Shown: positions 21,838 to 33,104 of the stretch, piece after piece
Layout of the letters: the number at the start of each line of letters is the position of its first letter
Numbering within the stretch: position 1 is the first letter of the stretch
Assembly (NCBI GenBank): GCA_963789955.1
Contig: CAWBMV010000006.1
Location: forward strand, 384,001 to 448,000
Reading direction: 5' to 3'
Source of the DNA: an uncultured Candidatus Rokubacteria bacterium
Lineage (GTDB): Bacteria; Methylomirabilota; Methylomirabilia; Rokubacteriales; CSP1-6
Length of the DNA: 64,000 nucleotides
Translations under genes and position numbers: made by a program
Notes under the pieces: model-generated
What the model was told of the DNA's origin: nothing
Database searches by the model: none
What the model saw: the letters and a program-made list of their open reading frames with translations, nothing else

Positions 21838-23367
21838 ATGAACATCCCACTCGATCGCGACAAACCAACGGCGCTGCCGCGCCAGATCCAGGCGCACCTG
21901 GAGCGCCTCATCCACGAGCGGCTCCTGACGCCCGGCATGAAGCTGCCGGCCACCCGCGAGCTCGCCCGGCAGCTCGGCGTCAACCGCGGCACGGTGGCCC
22001 TCGCCTACGAGGAGCTGGTCGCGACCGGGTGGGCGCGCGCGCACGTGGGGCAGGGCACCTTCGTCGCCGAGCGCCCGACCAACGGCGCCGCGCCGATCGT
22101 CTCGGCCGCCGCGGCGCCGATCGCGCTCGATTGGTCCGGCCTCTTCTCGCGCAGCGCGCAGATCCTGGGGGCCGACGACGAGCGCTCGCGTGCGGTGACG
22201 CCCATCCCGTCGAGCGGCGCGGTCGTGTCCTTCGCGGGCGGGATGCCGGACAGCGGACTGTTCCCGACCGACGCCTTCCGCCGCGTGCTGAACCAGGTGA
22301 TTCGCGACGAAGGGCCCGCGCTCCTGCAGTACTATCCGGCCGGCGGCTATCCGCCGCTTCGTCGGTATCTCTCGACCTATCTGCTGCGGTTCGGCCTCGA
22401 GGCGCGCCCCGAGGAGATCCTGATCGTCAACGGCTCGCAGCAGGGGTTCGACCTGATCGCGCGCACCTTGATCGATCCCGGCGACTTCGTGGCGATCGAG
22501 CAGCCGACGTACCCGCGCGCGATGCAGGTCTTCCGATCGTTCGGCGCCCAGCTGCTGAGCGTGCCGTGGGACGGTTCCGGGCCGCGCGCCGACGTGTTCG
22601 AGCGGTTGCTGGAACGCCATACGCCGAAGCTCTTCTATTGCCAGCCGAGCGCTCACAATCCGACCGGGCTCGCGGTGGCGCCCGAGACCGCACGGCGGCT
22701 GCTCGACGCCGCGGCCCGCCACCAGGTGCCCATCGTCGAGGACGGGTTCGATGGCAGCCTGTTCTACGGCGAGGGGCCGACATTGCCGCTCAAGGCGGTC
22801 GACCGCGGCGGGGTCGTCATCTACATCGGGACGTTCTCGAAGATTCTGTTCCCGGGGCTGCGGCTCGGCTGGCTCGTCGGACCTCCGCCGATCCTCGAGC
22901 GGCTCCAGGCGGCGAAGCAGCTCGCCGATCTGCATACGAGTGCGCTCATCCAGGCGGCGGTCCATCGCTTCTGCGAGCGCAAGCTCCTCGATCGTCACGC
23001 CACGCGCGTCGCGACCGAGTATGCGCGGCGGCGCTCGCTGCTCTTGGCGGCGCTGCGACGGCGCATGCCGCCGGAAGTCACGTGGACGGAGCCCCGGGGA
23101 GGCTTCTCGCTGCTGCTCACGCTGCCGACCGGCATGGACGCAACGACGTTGCTGCCGCAGGCGATCGAGCGGGGCGTCGCCTTCACGCCCGGCGCGCCCT
23201 TCTTTGTGGACGGCGGCGGCCAGCGTACCCTGCGGCTCTCGTTTTCGTCGGTGGCGGCGGGCCGCATCGAGCGAGGGCATCCGGCGCCTCGCCGAAACGA
23301 TCAAGGCCGCGCGCAGCCGGCTTCGGGCCGGGAACGAGTGGAGCGCGGAGCGGTACCAGTCGTATAG
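21838..23367 (+). CDS. pdxR: MocR/GabR-family PLP-responsive regulator (probable indels near the 3' end)
   Basis: GntR wHTH plus aminotransferase domain [14 protein letters not shown]; precedes pdxST. Confidence 0.8.
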   Translation: MNIPLDRDKPTALPRQIQAHLERLIHERLLTPGMKLPATRELARQLGVNRGTVALAYEELVATGWARAHVGQGTFVAERPTNGAAPIVSAAAAPIALDWSGLFSRSAQILGADDERSRAVTPIPSSGAVVSFAGGMPDSGLFPTDAFRRVLNQVIRDEGPALLQYYPAGGYPPLRRYLSTYLLRFGLEARPEEILIVNGSQQGFDLIARTLIDPGDFVAIEQPTYPRAMQVFRSFGAQLLSVPWDGSGPRADVFERLLERHTPKLFYCQPSAHNPTGLAVAPETARRLLDAAARHQVPIVEDGFDGSLFYGEGPTLPLKAVDRGGVVIYIGTFSKILFPGLRLGWLVGPPPILERLQAAKQLADLHTSALIQAAVHRFCERKLLDRHATRVATEYARRRSLLLAALRRRMPPEVTWTEPRGGFSLLLTLPTGMDATTLLPQAIERGVAFTPGAPFFVDGGGQRTLRLSFSSVAAGRIERGHPAPRRNDQGRAQPASGRERVERGAVPVV

Positions 23368-23387
23368 CGACAACAAGGAGAGATGAC

Positions 23388-24284
23388 ATGGCGGACCTGA
23401 ACGGATTGCGAATCGCTGACCGGAAGCACATCGGCCTCGCCGAGATGCTCAAGGGCGGGGTCATCATGGACGTCACCAACGCCGAGCAGGCGAAGATCGC
23501 CGAGGACGCCGGCGCGGCGTCGGTCATGGCGCTCGAGCGCGTGCCCTCCGACATCCGCCGGGACGGCGGGGTCGCGCGGATGTCGCCGGTGAAAAAGATC
23601 CAGGAGATCCAGAAGGCGGTGACGATCCCGGTGATGGCGAAGGCGCGGATCGGCCATTTCGTCGAGGCGCAGATTCTCGAAGCCCTCGCCGTCGACTACA
23701 TCGACGAGTCCGAGGTGCTGACGCCGGCCGACGAGCACTTCCACATCGACAAGTTCGCCTTCCGCATCCCGTTCGTGTGCGGCTGCCGCGATCTCGGCGA
23801 GGCGCTCCGGCGCATCGGTGAGGGCGCGGCGATGATCCGCACCAAGGGCGAGGCCGGCTCGGGCAACATCGTCGAGGCCGTTCGCCACATGCGCGCGGTC
23901 ATCTCCGGCATGCGGCGCCTCACCACGCTGGGCCCCGAAGAGCTGATGACCGAGGCCAAGAACCTCGGCGCGCCGTACGACCTCGTGCGCTGGGTGGCGA
24001 AGGCCGGCAAGCTCCCGGTGCCGAACTTCTCCGCGGGCGGCATCGCGACCCCCGCCGACGCCGCGCTCATGATGCAGCTCGGGGCGGAGGCCGTCTTCGT
24101 CGGCTCCGGGATCTTCAAGTCGAGCGACCCGGCCAAGCGCGCCAAGGCCATCGTGCAGGCCACGACGCACTTCAAGGACCCGGACGTGCTCGCGCGCGTG
24201 AGCGAGGATCTCGGCGACGCCATGGTCGGCATCGAGATCTCGAAGATGGCCGAGAAGGATCTCATGCAGACACGGGGCTGGTAG
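23388..24284 (+). CDS. pdxS: pyridoxal 5'-phosphate synthase lyase subunit
   Basis: [38 protein letters not shown]. Confidence 0.97.
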   Translation: MADLNGLRIADRKHIGLAEMLKGGVIMDVTNAEQAKIAEDAGAASVMALERVPSDIRRDGGVARMSPVKKIQEIQKAVTIPVMAKARIGHFVEAQILEALAVDYIDESEVLTPADEHFHIDKFAFRIPFVCGCRDLGEALRRIGEGAAMIRTKGEAGSGNIVEAVRHMRAVISGMRRLTTLGPEELMTEAKNLGAPYDLVRWVAKAGKLPVPNFSAGGIATPADAALMMQLGAEAVFVGSGIFKSSDPAKRAKAIVQATTHFKDPDVLARVSEDLGDAMVGIEISKMAEKDLMQTRGW

Positions 24285-24306
24285 GCCCGCCTCGAATACA
24301 CGGGCC

Positions 24307-24894
24307 ATGCGGATCGGGGTGCTCGCCCTCCAGGGTGACTTCGGGCTTCACGCCCGGGCGCTCGAGAAGTGCGGGGTGGAGGCGGTCGAGGTGCGCAAGC
24401 CGCTCGAGCTCGACGAGGTCGATGGCCTCGTCATGCCGGGCGGCGAGTCCACGACCCTGCTCAAGCTCATGGACGCGTGGGATTTCGTGCCGGCCCTCGA
24501 GAAATTCCACAGCGAGGGCAAGCCGATCTTCGGAACGTGCGCGGGACTCATCATCCTGGCGCGCGAGGTCGAGAGCCCGAAGCAGTTCTCGCTCGGGCTC
24601 ATCGACGTCACCGTCGAGCGCAATGCCTACGGCCGCCAGCGCGAGTCGTTCGAGGCGCACGGGACGGCAACGCTCGACGGCCAGACGATTCCGCTCGAGA
24701 TGTTTTTCATTCGAGCACCCCGGATCCGGCGGGTGGGACCCGGGGTCGAGGTGCTGGCCGAGCATGGCGGCGAGCCGGTCATGGCCCGTCAGGATCGGGT
24801 GCTGGTCGCGACGTTTCACCCGGAGCTCACCGACAAGACGACGGTGCACCAGTACTTCTGTGACCTGGTGCGCCGGTCCCGGACCGCGACATGA
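24307..24894 (+). CDS. pdxT: PLP synthase glutaminase subunit
   Basis: GVLALQG, PGGESTT, GTCAG, FHPEL. Confidence 0.97.
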   Translation: MRIGVLALQGDFGLHARALEKCGVEAVEVRKPLELDEVDGLVMPGGESTTLLKLMDAWDFVPALEKFHSEGKPIFGTCAGLIILAREVESPKQFSLGLIDVTVERNAYGRQRESFEAHGTATLDGQTIPLEMFFIRAPRIRRVGPGVEVLAEHGGEPVMARQDRVLVATFHPELTDKTTVHQYFCDLVRRSRTAT

Positions 24895-25514
24895 TCTTTC
24901 ACGATTACTACTCGGACATCCCGCGCGACGACGTCGACCGGCTCGTGCAGTCGCAGGAGCTGGCGCGGCTCGTCACCGTCGGTGACGACGCGATGCCGCA
25001 CGTGGGTCTGTATCCGTTCGTCTACGACGGGAAAACCCTCGATTTGCATCTTGTGAGATCCGACGAGCAGATCAAGGACTTGAAGGCTCGGCCACGCTGC
25101 GTGCTCGAAGTCGACGAGGTCCTGGCGGTGATCCCGTCGTACTGGGTGCACCCGGAGTACGCGGGTGCGGCGACGGCGTACCACCGAACCGTGATCTTCG
25201 AGTGCGAGGCCAGGGTCGAGGAAGACCCCGAGGCCGTCGCGGCCCAGCAGCAGCGGCTGCTCGCTCGATACCAGCCCGAAGGCGGCTTCAGGCCGCTCGA
25301 CCCGAACAATCCCCTCTATCGCGGGGCCATGGCGCAGCTCGCCGCCGTGACCTTGCAGATCAACCGCTGGCGCGCGAAGTTCAAACTGGGGCAAAATCGC
25401 CCCGTCGAGGCGCGGCGGCAGGTCATCGCCGAGCTGCGCAAGCGAGGGCGCCCGAATGACGGGCGCGCCGCGGACGCGCTCCAGTGGACGATCGACGCTC
25501 GCGCCGAGCGGTAG
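24891..25514 (+). CDS. FMN-binding split-barrel protein, PaiB-like
   Basis: KFKLGQNR C-terminal motif; adjacent to pdx genes. Confidence 0.7.
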   Translation: MIFHDYYSDIPRDDVDRLVQSQELARLVTVGDDAMPHVGLYPFVYDGKTLDLHLVRSDEQIKDLKARPRCVLEVDEVLAVIPSYWVHPEYAGAATAYHRTVIFECEARVEEDPEAVAAQQQRLLARYQPEGGFRPLDPNNPLYRGAMAQLAAVTLQINRWRAKFKLGQNRPVEARRQVIAELRKRGRPNDGRAADALQWTIDARAER

Positions 25515-25544
25515 TCGGCGCGCTCAGGCCCGGAGGATGACGCG

Positions 25545-26336
25545 ATGAAAATCACGGCGAACGGCATCTCGATGAACTACACCCTGGATGGTCCGGCCAA
25601 CGCGCCGGTCGTCACGTTGAGCCACTCGCTCGCGACGACTCTGGCGATGTGGGAGCCCCAGCTGAAGGCGCTCACCGCGCGCTGGCGAGTGCTCGCCTAC
25701 GACACGCGCGGCCATGGCGGGACCGACGCGCCCAAGGGCGGATACTCGCTCGAGCAGCTCGCCGACGACGCGCAGGCGCTCCTGCGCGCGCTCGGAATCC
25801 AGCGCACGCACTGGGTCGGCCTCTCCATGGGCGGCATGATCGGCCAGACCCTGGCCCTCAAGGCGCCCGAGCTCTTCACGAGCCTCTCGCTCTGCGACAC
25901 GTCGAGCCGGGTTCCCCCGGAGGCGAAGCCCTTGTGGGACGAGCGCATCCACACCGCCGAGACGAAGGGGATGGAGCCGCTCGTCGAGCCGACCCTGTCC
26001 CGGTGGTTCACCGCGCCCTTCAAGGAGCGCGGCGGCGCGGTGGTCGAGACCGTTCGCGGGATGATCCGCTCGACGCCGCCGGCGGGCTATATCGGCTGCT
26101 GCCAGGCGATCTCGGGTCTCAACCTCACCGATCGCATCGGCGCCATCAGGGTGCCGACCTTGATCATCGTCGGCGAGGAGGACCAGGGCACGCCGGTCGC
26201 CGCGTCGAAGGTCATGAACGAGAAGATCCACGGCTCGCAGCTGGTCATCCTGAAATCCGCCGCCCATCTGGCCAACATGGAGCAGCCGGAGGCGTTTACC
26301 AACGCCCTGACCGGCTTTCTGGGCAAGTCCGGCTAG
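25545..26336 (+). CDS. alpha/beta hydrolase, 3-oxoadipate enol-lactonase-like
   Basis: YDTRGHG, GLSMGG, AAHLANMEQP. Confidence 0.8.
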   Translation: MKITANGISMNYTLDGPANAPVVTLSHSLATTLAMWEPQLKALTARWRVLAYDTRGHGGTDAPKGGYSLEQLADDAQALLRALGIQRTHWVGLSMGGMIGQTLALKAPELFTSLSLCDTSSRVPPEAKPLWDERIHTAETKGMEPLVEPTLSRWFTAPFKERGGAVVETVRGMIRSTPPAGYIGCCQAISGLNLTDRIGAIRVPTLIIVGEEDQGTPVAASKVMNEKIHGSQLVILKSAAHLANMEQPEAFTNALTGFLGKSG

Positions 26337-26393
26337 TCCCGGGACGCCCGTTTTCACGGGCGCCGGCCAGATTTGAGAATCCCGGAATTGTCA

Positions 26394-26439
26394 TCTTGAC
26401 AGGGTCAAGACCGGGTCGTAGTCTCTCTGGTCAGACCAG
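26394..26439 (+). promoter_or_regulatory. sigma70 promoter with FadR-type GntR operator
   Basis: TTGACA(26396-26401)-17 bp-TAGTCT(26419-26424); CTGGTC-A-GACCAG (26427-26439); second inverted repeat TCTTGAC-N3-GTCAAGA (26394-26410). Confidence 0.75.
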
Positions 26440-26490
26440 CCGACCACGATGACAGCCACACGACGAAGCAGGCGAGCCTAGGAGGAACGC

Positions 26491-27699
26491 ATGTCAGCCC
26501 TGATCTGTGAAGTCGTCTATCGCGGTATCTACCAGAAAAACCTCGCCGCCCGGATCACCCGTGGCATCGTGCTCTCGGCCCGCAAGTCGGGCCGCTGGGG
26601 CATCGCGTTCGGCCGCTACGGCGACAGCCCGCAGCGGAACGGCATCCCCGCGAAGGACTTCGCGATCGTTGCCGACACCAAGGAAGAGCTCGAGCAGAAC
26701 ATGGCGCGCTACGAGCCCAAGCACGTCGACGTGACGGTCGCCGTCGACGACACGCTCTCGAAGGGCGTGGAATCGTGGGCGTGGTACGGGCTCCAGCCCA
26801 TCAATCGCCTGACGCAGCCGAACGGCACCCTGCTGATGACGTCGCTCCAGAGCTACGAGAGCCTCCTGAAGGACATCCACAAGAAGGACGCCCCCTACAA
26901 GCTGGCGCTCATCCGCGCCAAGGCGTCGTTCTCCGGGCTCTGGGTCTACCGCGAGGACCACACCGAGGTGCGGGTCCTCGGCGCGCTCGCGAAGATCGCC
27001 CCGTCGTTCCTGACCTTGCAGGGCGTCAGCGACGCGATCCGCGAGATCGAGTGGGGCTCCGACCTGAAGGTCAACTCGGCGAAGAAGGCGTACGAGCGCC
27101 TGGAGTTCCGCGAGGTCAAGATGACCGAGGGCAACTCCGAGATCCCGTACTCGTTCCAGATGCCGAAGTGGTGGGAGATGCGCGAGGGCGTGACGATCCC
27201 GGCGATCCCCGTGGGCAAGCCCAAGGAGGACGGCAAGGGGTACGTGCCCGAGCGGAATCCGTACTTCAAGAAGTTCACCACGCGGACGATGCGCCCGGTC
27301 GTCAACTTCGACACGTGCGTGAAGTGCACGCTCTGCTGGATCCAGTGCCCCGACTCCTGCTTCGACGTCATGCCCGACGGCACCTACGACGCCAACATGG
27401 AAGCGTGCTGCGGCTGCGGCGTGTGCGAAGCGGTGTGCCCCGTCGAGAACTGCATCACGATGGTCAACGAGTCGGTGTTCGAGGACAACGCGAGCCAGTG
27501 GGAGATGTGGCGCAAGGACAAGCCCGCGTATCAGACCTGGATGGCCGAGAAGATCGGCGACAAGAACGCGACCGTCCGCTCCCACGGCTTCCGGTTCCGC
27601 GGCCAGTACGAGAAGGAGCTCGAGAAGAACTTCGAGGACGGCGGAACCGAGATCATCGCCGGCATCCCCGGCGAGAACGCGCAGCACAAGGAGGGTTAG
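26491..27699 (+). CDS. 2-oxoacid:ferredoxin oxidoreductase gamma-delta fusion, oxalate oxidoreductase delta-like
   Basis: Gamma-like N-terminus without the GxGGxG loop; two CxxCxxCxxxCP motifs. Confidence 0.8.
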   Translation: MSALICEVVYRGIYQKNLAARITRGIVLSARKSGRWGIAFGRYGDSPQRNGIPAKDFAIVADTKEELEQNMARYEPKHVDVTVAVDDTLSKGVESWAWYGLQPINRLTQPNGTLLMTSLQSYESLLKDIHKKDAPYKLALIRAKASFSGLWVYREDHTEVRVLGALAKIAPSFLTLQGVSDAIREIEWGSDLKVNSAKKAYERLEFREVKMTEGNSEIPYSFQMPKWWEMREGVTIPAIPVGKPKEDGKGYVPERNPYFKKFTTRTMRPVVNFDTCVKCTLCWIQCPDSCFDVMPDGTYDANMEACCGCGVCEAVCPVENCITMVNESVFEDNASQWEMWRKDKPAYQTWMAEKIGDKNATVRSHGFRFRGQYEKELEKNFEDGGTEIIAGIPGENAQHKEG

Positions 27700-27703
27700 C
27701 ACC

Positions 27704-28936
27704 ATGGCGGTTGTCACCCCGGCGGCCCCGGCCGCGACCGAAGAGGACAAGGAGCTCCTGATCTCCGGGAGCGAGGCCGTCGCCGAGGCGCTCACCCTCG
27801 CCGACCTGGACGTCGTCACCGCGTATCCGATCCGGCCGTACGACACCGTCATGCAGGCGATCGCCAAGAAGATCTCGGGCGGCCAGCTGGTGGCCGAGTA
27901 CATCGTCGCCGAGGGCGAGCACAGCCAGTTCGAGATCGTCAAGCACGCCTCGACCGTCGGCGCGCGCGTCTTCTGCGGCTCGTCCGGCGTCGGCTGGATG
28001 TACGCGATGGAGTGCCTCGTGGTCACGCCGCCGCTGCGCGTGCCGATGGTGGCCCTCGTCGGCAACCGCGCCCTCGACGATCCGGGCGCGTTCGGCGTCG
28101 AGCACAACGACGCGCTGGTGGTCCGCGACGTCGGCTGGCTGCTCTGCTGGATCGACACCTCGCAAGAGGCGCTCGACACCACCTTGATCGCCTACCGCGT
28201 CGCCGAGGACCGCCGCGTGTTCCTGCCGCTGGCCATCTCGGCGGACGGCGCGTTCCTCACGCACTCCCAGGCGCTGACGATGGTGCCGCCGAAGTCGAAG
28301 GTCGACCGGTTCCTGCCGCGCTACGACCGCGGCGATCTGCTGCTGCACCCGGACAACCCGATCACGGTCGCGCCCCAGGCGAACGAGGACTGGGTCATCG
28401 AGATCCGCCGCCAGAACAACGAGGCGATGGCCCGCGCCGTCACCGTGATCGAAGAGGCGTACGCCGACTTCCGGCGTGTCTTCGGCCGCGGTCCGGAGAA
28501 TCCGTGGTTCGAGGAATACATGACCGATGACGCCGACATCATCCTGGTCGGCATGGGGACGATCTCGCTGCCGATCAAGGTCGCGATCCGCGAGCTCCGC
28601 GCCAAGGGCAAGAAGGTCGGCCTGGTGCGGCTGCGCTGGTTCCGGCCGTTCCCGACCGAGAAGCTCGTCGCCGCGCTGTCCAAGGCGAAAGCGCTCGGCA
28701 TCATCGACCGCGACTACTCGTTCGGCTCGCCGTTCGGCTCGGGGGTGGTCGCCAACGAGATCCGTGCGGCACTGTACAATGCCGAGAAGAGACCGCCGCT
28801 CCTGTCGTTCATCTGCGGGCTGGGTGGCCGCGAGGTCACGCTCGAGGACGTCTACAAGGCGACGGACCAGTGCTACGCGGCCGCGGCGTCCGGGAAGTCC
28901 GACTCCAAGACCCACTGGCTGGGCGTGCGGGAATAG
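27704..28936 (+). CDS. oxalate oxidoreductase-like alpha subunit
   Basis: YPIRP, EGEHS, GSSGVG, FRPFP, GLGGR. Confidence 0.85.
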   Translation: MAVVTPAAPAATEEDKELLISGSEAVAEALTLADLDVVTAYPIRPYDTVMQAIAKKISGGQLVAEYIVAEGEHSQFEIVKHASTVGARVFCGSSGVGWMYAMECLVVTPPLRVPMVALVGNRALDDPGAFGVEHNDALVVRDVGWLLCWIDTSQEALDTTLIAYRVAEDRRVFLPLAISADGAFLTHSQALTMVPPKSKVDRFLPRYDRGDLLLHPDNPITVAPQANEDWVIEIRRQNNEAMARAVTVIEEAYADFRRVFGRGPENPWFEEYMTDDADIILVGMGTISLPIKVAIRELRAKGKKVGLVRLRWFRPFPTEKLVAALSKAKALGIIDRDYSFGSPFGSGVVANEIRAALYNAEKRPPLLSFICGLGGREVTLEDVYKATDQCYAAAASGKSDSKTHWLGVRE

Positions 28937-28947
28937 GAGAAGCCACC

Positions 28948-29979
28948 ATGGCCGAGACGACGACGTTCCGTAATGCGACGCAGATCCTCGAGCCCTTCCG
29001 CGGGGTCAAGCGGGTGACGATCGAGGAGTACTTCACCTCCGGGCACCGGACGTGCCAGGGGTGCGAGTCGGCGCTGGTCATGAAGCTCATGGTCAAGGCG
29101 TCCGGGCCGCGCACCATCGTGCTCGGCTCGACCGGCTGCATGTACGTCGCCAACACGACCTATTACACGACGCCCTGGGTGGTGCCGTGGATGCACACGC
29201 AGCTGGGATCCTCCGGGTCGGCGGCGCTCGGCACGGCGGCCGGGCTGAAGGCCCTCATGAAGAAGGGCAAGATGAAATCGGAGCCGATCAACGTCATCGC
29301 CTTCTGCGGCGACGGCGGCGGCGCCGACATGGGCCTCGGCGCGATTTCGGCGACCCTGACCCACAAGGAGTACAACTCGCTGATCCTGCTCTACGACAAC
29401 GAGTCGTACGCCAACACCGACATCCAGCTCTCCGGGATGACGCCGTACGGCGCCAACACCACGTTCAGCCCGCCCGGCAAGGTGATTCGCAACATCCACA
29501 CCCGGTGGAAGAAGAACATGGCGGGCCTGATGGCGGCGGGCCATCCGGAGTGCCGCTACGTGGCGACCGTCTGCGCCTCGTACGCCGTGGAGATGATGAA
29601 CAAGGTACGGCGCGCGCTGACGATCGGCGGCCCGACGTTCATCCACTCGCTCGACCCGTGCCCGAAGGGCTGGGACTACGATCCGATGCTGTCGCACGAG
29701 CTGGGCGAGCTGGCCATCGAGACCGGCATCTTCCCGCTGTACGAGGTCGAAGACGGCCAGGTGAAGTACTACGGCAAGACGAAGGCGATCGTCGAGGGCC
29801 GGGCGCGCAAGCCGGTGCGGGAATACCTCCTCAAGCAGGGCCGGTTCGCGCATTTCACCGAAGAGGATCTCGACTACTTCCAGGCCAAGGTCGACGAGCA
29901 GTGGGAGAAATGGGAGATTCCGGCCGTCGTGCCGTTCCGTCGCCTCGACGCGACGCGCGCGGCGCTGTCGGCGAAGTAA
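28948..29979 (+). CDS. oxalate oxidoreductase-like beta subunit (TPP-binding)
   Basis: CQGC, TGC, GDG..YDNESYANT, PCPKGW. Confidence 0.85.
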   Translation: MAETTTFRNATQILEPFRGVKRVTIEEYFTSGHRTCQGCESALVMKLMVKASGPRTIVLGSTGCMYVANTTYYTTPWVVPWMHTQLGSSGSAALGTAAGLKALMKKGKMKSEPINVIAFCGDGGGADMGLGAISATLTHKEYNSLILLYDNESYANTDIQLSGMTPYGANTTFSPPGKVIRNIHTRWKKNMAGLMAAGHPECRYVATVCASYAVEMMNKVRRALTIGGPTFIHSLDPCPKGWDYDPMLSHELGELAIETGIFPLYEVEDGQVKYYGKTKAIVEGRARKPVREYLLKQGRFAHFTEEDLDYFQAKVDEQWEKWEIPAVVPFRRLDATRAALSAK

Positions 29980-30023
29980 TCGCCGAATCGCCCTTGGCTC
30001 CGCCTCGCCAGCCTTAGCAGGGT

Positions 30024-30065
30024 AGGGCCGGGTTCCCGTGAAACGGGACCCGGCCCTTTCGTGTT
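30024..30065 (+). terminator. putative intrinsic terminator
   Basis: AGGGCCGGGTTCCCGT-GAA-ACGGGACCCGGCCCT followed by TTCGTGTT. Confidence 0.65.
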
Positions 30066-30125
30066 CTATAGGCGTCTACCTACGACATCGGCCTCGGGGC
30101 CTGACCTCGAGCAAAGGAGCGAGCG

Positions 30126-31120
30126 ATGAAGCTCGAATCTAGTCGTCGCACTCGTCCTCACGCTGCTGATCGCGGTTCCCGTCTCCGCCGTGGCCTGGGA
30201 GCCGACCAAGCCGATCGAGTTCGTCGTGCCGGCCGGGACCGGTGGCGGCGCCGACCAGATGGCACGCCTGATCGCCGGCATCGCCGAGAAGCACAAGCTC
30301 TCGCCGCGGCCTCTGATCGTCATCAACAAGGCGGGCGGCGCCGGCGCCGAGGGGTTCCTCGACGTCAAGAGCAAGAAGGGCGACGCCCACACGATCATCA
30401 TCACCCTCTCGAACCTCTTCACGACGCCGCTTCACAACAATCTCCCGTTCAACTGGCGCGACTACACGCCGCTCGCCCGCATGGCGCTCGACGAGTTCGT
30501 CCTGTGGGTCAACGCCGACACGCCGTACAAGACCGCCAAGGAGTACCTGGCCGCGGTCAAGGACAAGCAGTGCAAGGAGCGCCAGAGCGGGCAGTGCCTG
30601 ATGGGTGGGACGGGCTCCGCGCAAGAGGATCAGATCCTCACCATCCAGCTGGAGCAGGGCCTTCCGGGAACCAAGTTCAGCTACGTGCCGTTCAAGGGCG
30701 GCGGCGAGGTCTGCGTGAATCTCGTCGGCAAGCACCTCGATTCGACCGTGAACAACCCGATCGAGTGCGTGAGCCACTGGAAGGCCGGCAGAGTGCGCCC
30801 GCTCGCCGTCTTCGACACGGCGCGCATCGCGGTCGGGGAGTGGAAGGACATCCCGACGATCAAGGAGGCGCTCGGCGTCGACGTGCAGCTACCTGATGCT
30901 CCGCGGCATCTTCGGCACGCCGGGCATGCCGAAGGAGGCGGTCGACTGGTACATCGCGTTCTTGAAGAAGGTGACGGAGACGCCGGAGTGGAAGAAGTAC
31001 CTGGATGACGGCGCCCTCAAGCCGGCCTTCGCCACCGGCGCGGAGTACGTGAAGTGGGTCGAGGAAAACGAGCAGCTTCACAAGGAGCTGATGAGCAAGG
31101 GCGGGTTGCTGAAGAAGTAA
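30126..31120 (+). CDS. tctC: tripartite tricarboxylate transporter substrate-binding protein (2 frameshifts)
   Basis: Signal peptide, PAGTGGGAD, NKAGGAGA, VPFKGGG, LRGIFG. Confidence 0.85.
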
Positions 31121-31121
31121 G

Positions 31122-31583
31122 ATGCGGGCCGCCGACCTCGCGACCGCGTCCATCCTGGTCCTGCTCGGTGGGGTCGTGGTCCTCGACTCCATGCGGATCG
31201 GGATCGGCTGGAGCACCGACGGGCCCCGCAGCGGATTCTTCCCGTTCTGGCTCGGGGTCATCCTGATCGTCGCCGCGGTGACGATCGGCATCCAGGCGTG
31301 GCGCCGGTCGACGGCGAAGTCGTTCGTGTCGCGCGAGCAGCTCGGTCCGGTGCTCAAGGTGCTGTGGCCGGCCGTCACGATGGTCATCCTGATCCAGCCG
31401 CTCGGCCTCTACGTCGCCGCCGCGCTCTATCTGAGCTTCTACATGCGCTGGGTCGGGCGACACGGCTGGCTCGCCGTGGCTCTCTGCGCGATCGGTGTCC
31501 CGCTGCTCACGTTCGTCGTCTTCGAGCTGTGGTTCCTGGTGCCGATGCCCAAGGGCCCGCTCGAGGCCTGGCTCGGATACTGA
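31122..31583 (+). CDS. tctB: TTT small membrane subunit
   Basis: GPRSGFFPF, 4 TM helices, VPMPKG. Confidence 0.85.
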   Translation: MRAADLATASILVLLGGVVVLDSMRIGIGWSTDGPRSGFFPFWLGVILIVAAVTIGIQAWRRSTAKSFVSREQLGPVLKVLWPAVTMVILIQPLGLYVAAALYLSFYMRWVGRHGWLAVALCAIGVPLLTFVVFELWFLVPMPKGPLEAWLGY

Positions 31584-31587
31584 CCCG

Positions 31588-33104
31588 ATGGGCGTCGAGA
31601 ACCTCTTCCACGGATTCCAGATCGCGATCACGCCGTTCAACCTGCTCGTGGCGGTGCTCGGCATCACGCTCGGGACCATCATCGGCGTCCTGCCCGGGCT
31701 CGGCGGCGCCAACGGCGTCGCGATCCTGCTGCCCCTGACGTTCACGATGCCGCCGACCTCGGCGATCATCCTGTTGACCTCGCTCTACTGGGGCGCGCTC
31801 TTCGGCGGCGCGATCACCTCGGTGCTCTTCAACATCCCGGGGGAGCCGTGGTCGGTCGCCACGACCTTCGACGGCTATCCGCTGGCGCGGCAGGGGCAGG
31901 GGGGCCAGGCGCTGACCGCCGCCTTCACCTCCTCGTTCATCGGCGCGCTCTTCTCGATCGTCCTGATCACGTTCTTCGCGCCGCTCTTGGCCGAGATCGC
32001 CCTGCGCTTCGGACCGCCCGAGTTCTTCGCGATCCAGCTCCTGACCTTCTCGAGCTTCATCGGCCTCGGGCGGCGGCGATCCGCTGAAGTCCCTGGTGTC
32101 GATCGTGCTCGGATTCATCCTGGCCGCCGTCGGGCTCGACATCGTCACCGGCCAGCTCCGGATGACGTTTGGCTTCGTGGACCTCATGAAGGGCTTTGAC
32201 TTCATCGTGGCGGTCATCGGGCTCTTCGGGATCGGCGAGATCCTCCTCAGCGTCGAGGAGGGGCTGAGCTTCAAGGGCGCCGTCACCGGCATGAACCTGC
32301 GCGTGGTGCTCGACACCTGGAAGATCTTGCCGCGCTATGCGCGCACCTTCGTACGCGAGTGCCTTCATCGGCTTCTGGATGGGGTTCAAGCCCGGCGGCG
32401 CCACCCCCGCCTCGTTCATGAGCTACGCCTTCGCCAAGCGCTTCTCGAAGCACCCCGAGCGGTTCGGCAAGGGCGAGCTCGAGGGCGTGGTGGCCCCGGA
32501 GACGGCCGCCCACGCCGCCGGCGTCGCGGCGATCCTGCCGATGATCACCCTCGGCATCCCCGGCTCCCCGACGGCGGCGGTCATGCTCGGCGGGCTCATC
32601 ATCTGGGGTCTGCAGCCGGGACCGCTTCTCTTCACGGAGAAGCCCGACTTCGTCTGGGGGCTCATCGCCAGCATGTACACCGGCAACATCATCGGCGTCC
32701 TGATGGTGCTGGCGTTCGTGCCGTTCTTCGCGGCCATCTTGAGGATCCCGTTCGCGATCCTGACGCCGCTGATCGTCGTCGTGTGCGCGATCGGCTCGTA
32801 CGCCGTCCACAACAGCATGATCGACATCTGGTACATGCTGATCTTCGGGGTGATCGGCTACGTGTTCAAGAAGCTCGACTACCCGCTCGCGCCGCTCGTG
32901 CTGGCCCTGGTCCTGGGCGACCTGGCCGAGAACGCGCTCCGCCAGAGCCTGATCATGTCCCAGGGCTCGCTCGCGATCTTCGTGTCGCGCCCGATCGCCG
33001 GGGTGATCACGGCCGTGGCGATCTTCTTCTTCGTGCTCCCGGTGCTGACGCCGTGGTGGCGGCGCATGCGTGGGACCACGGTACCGCCGGCGCGGCCGAG
33101 CTGA
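31588..33104 (+). CDS. tctA: TTT large permease (frameshifts near 32070 and 32355)
   Basis: GVLPGLG, NIPG, TFDGYPL, APETA, TLGIPGS. Confidence 0.9.
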
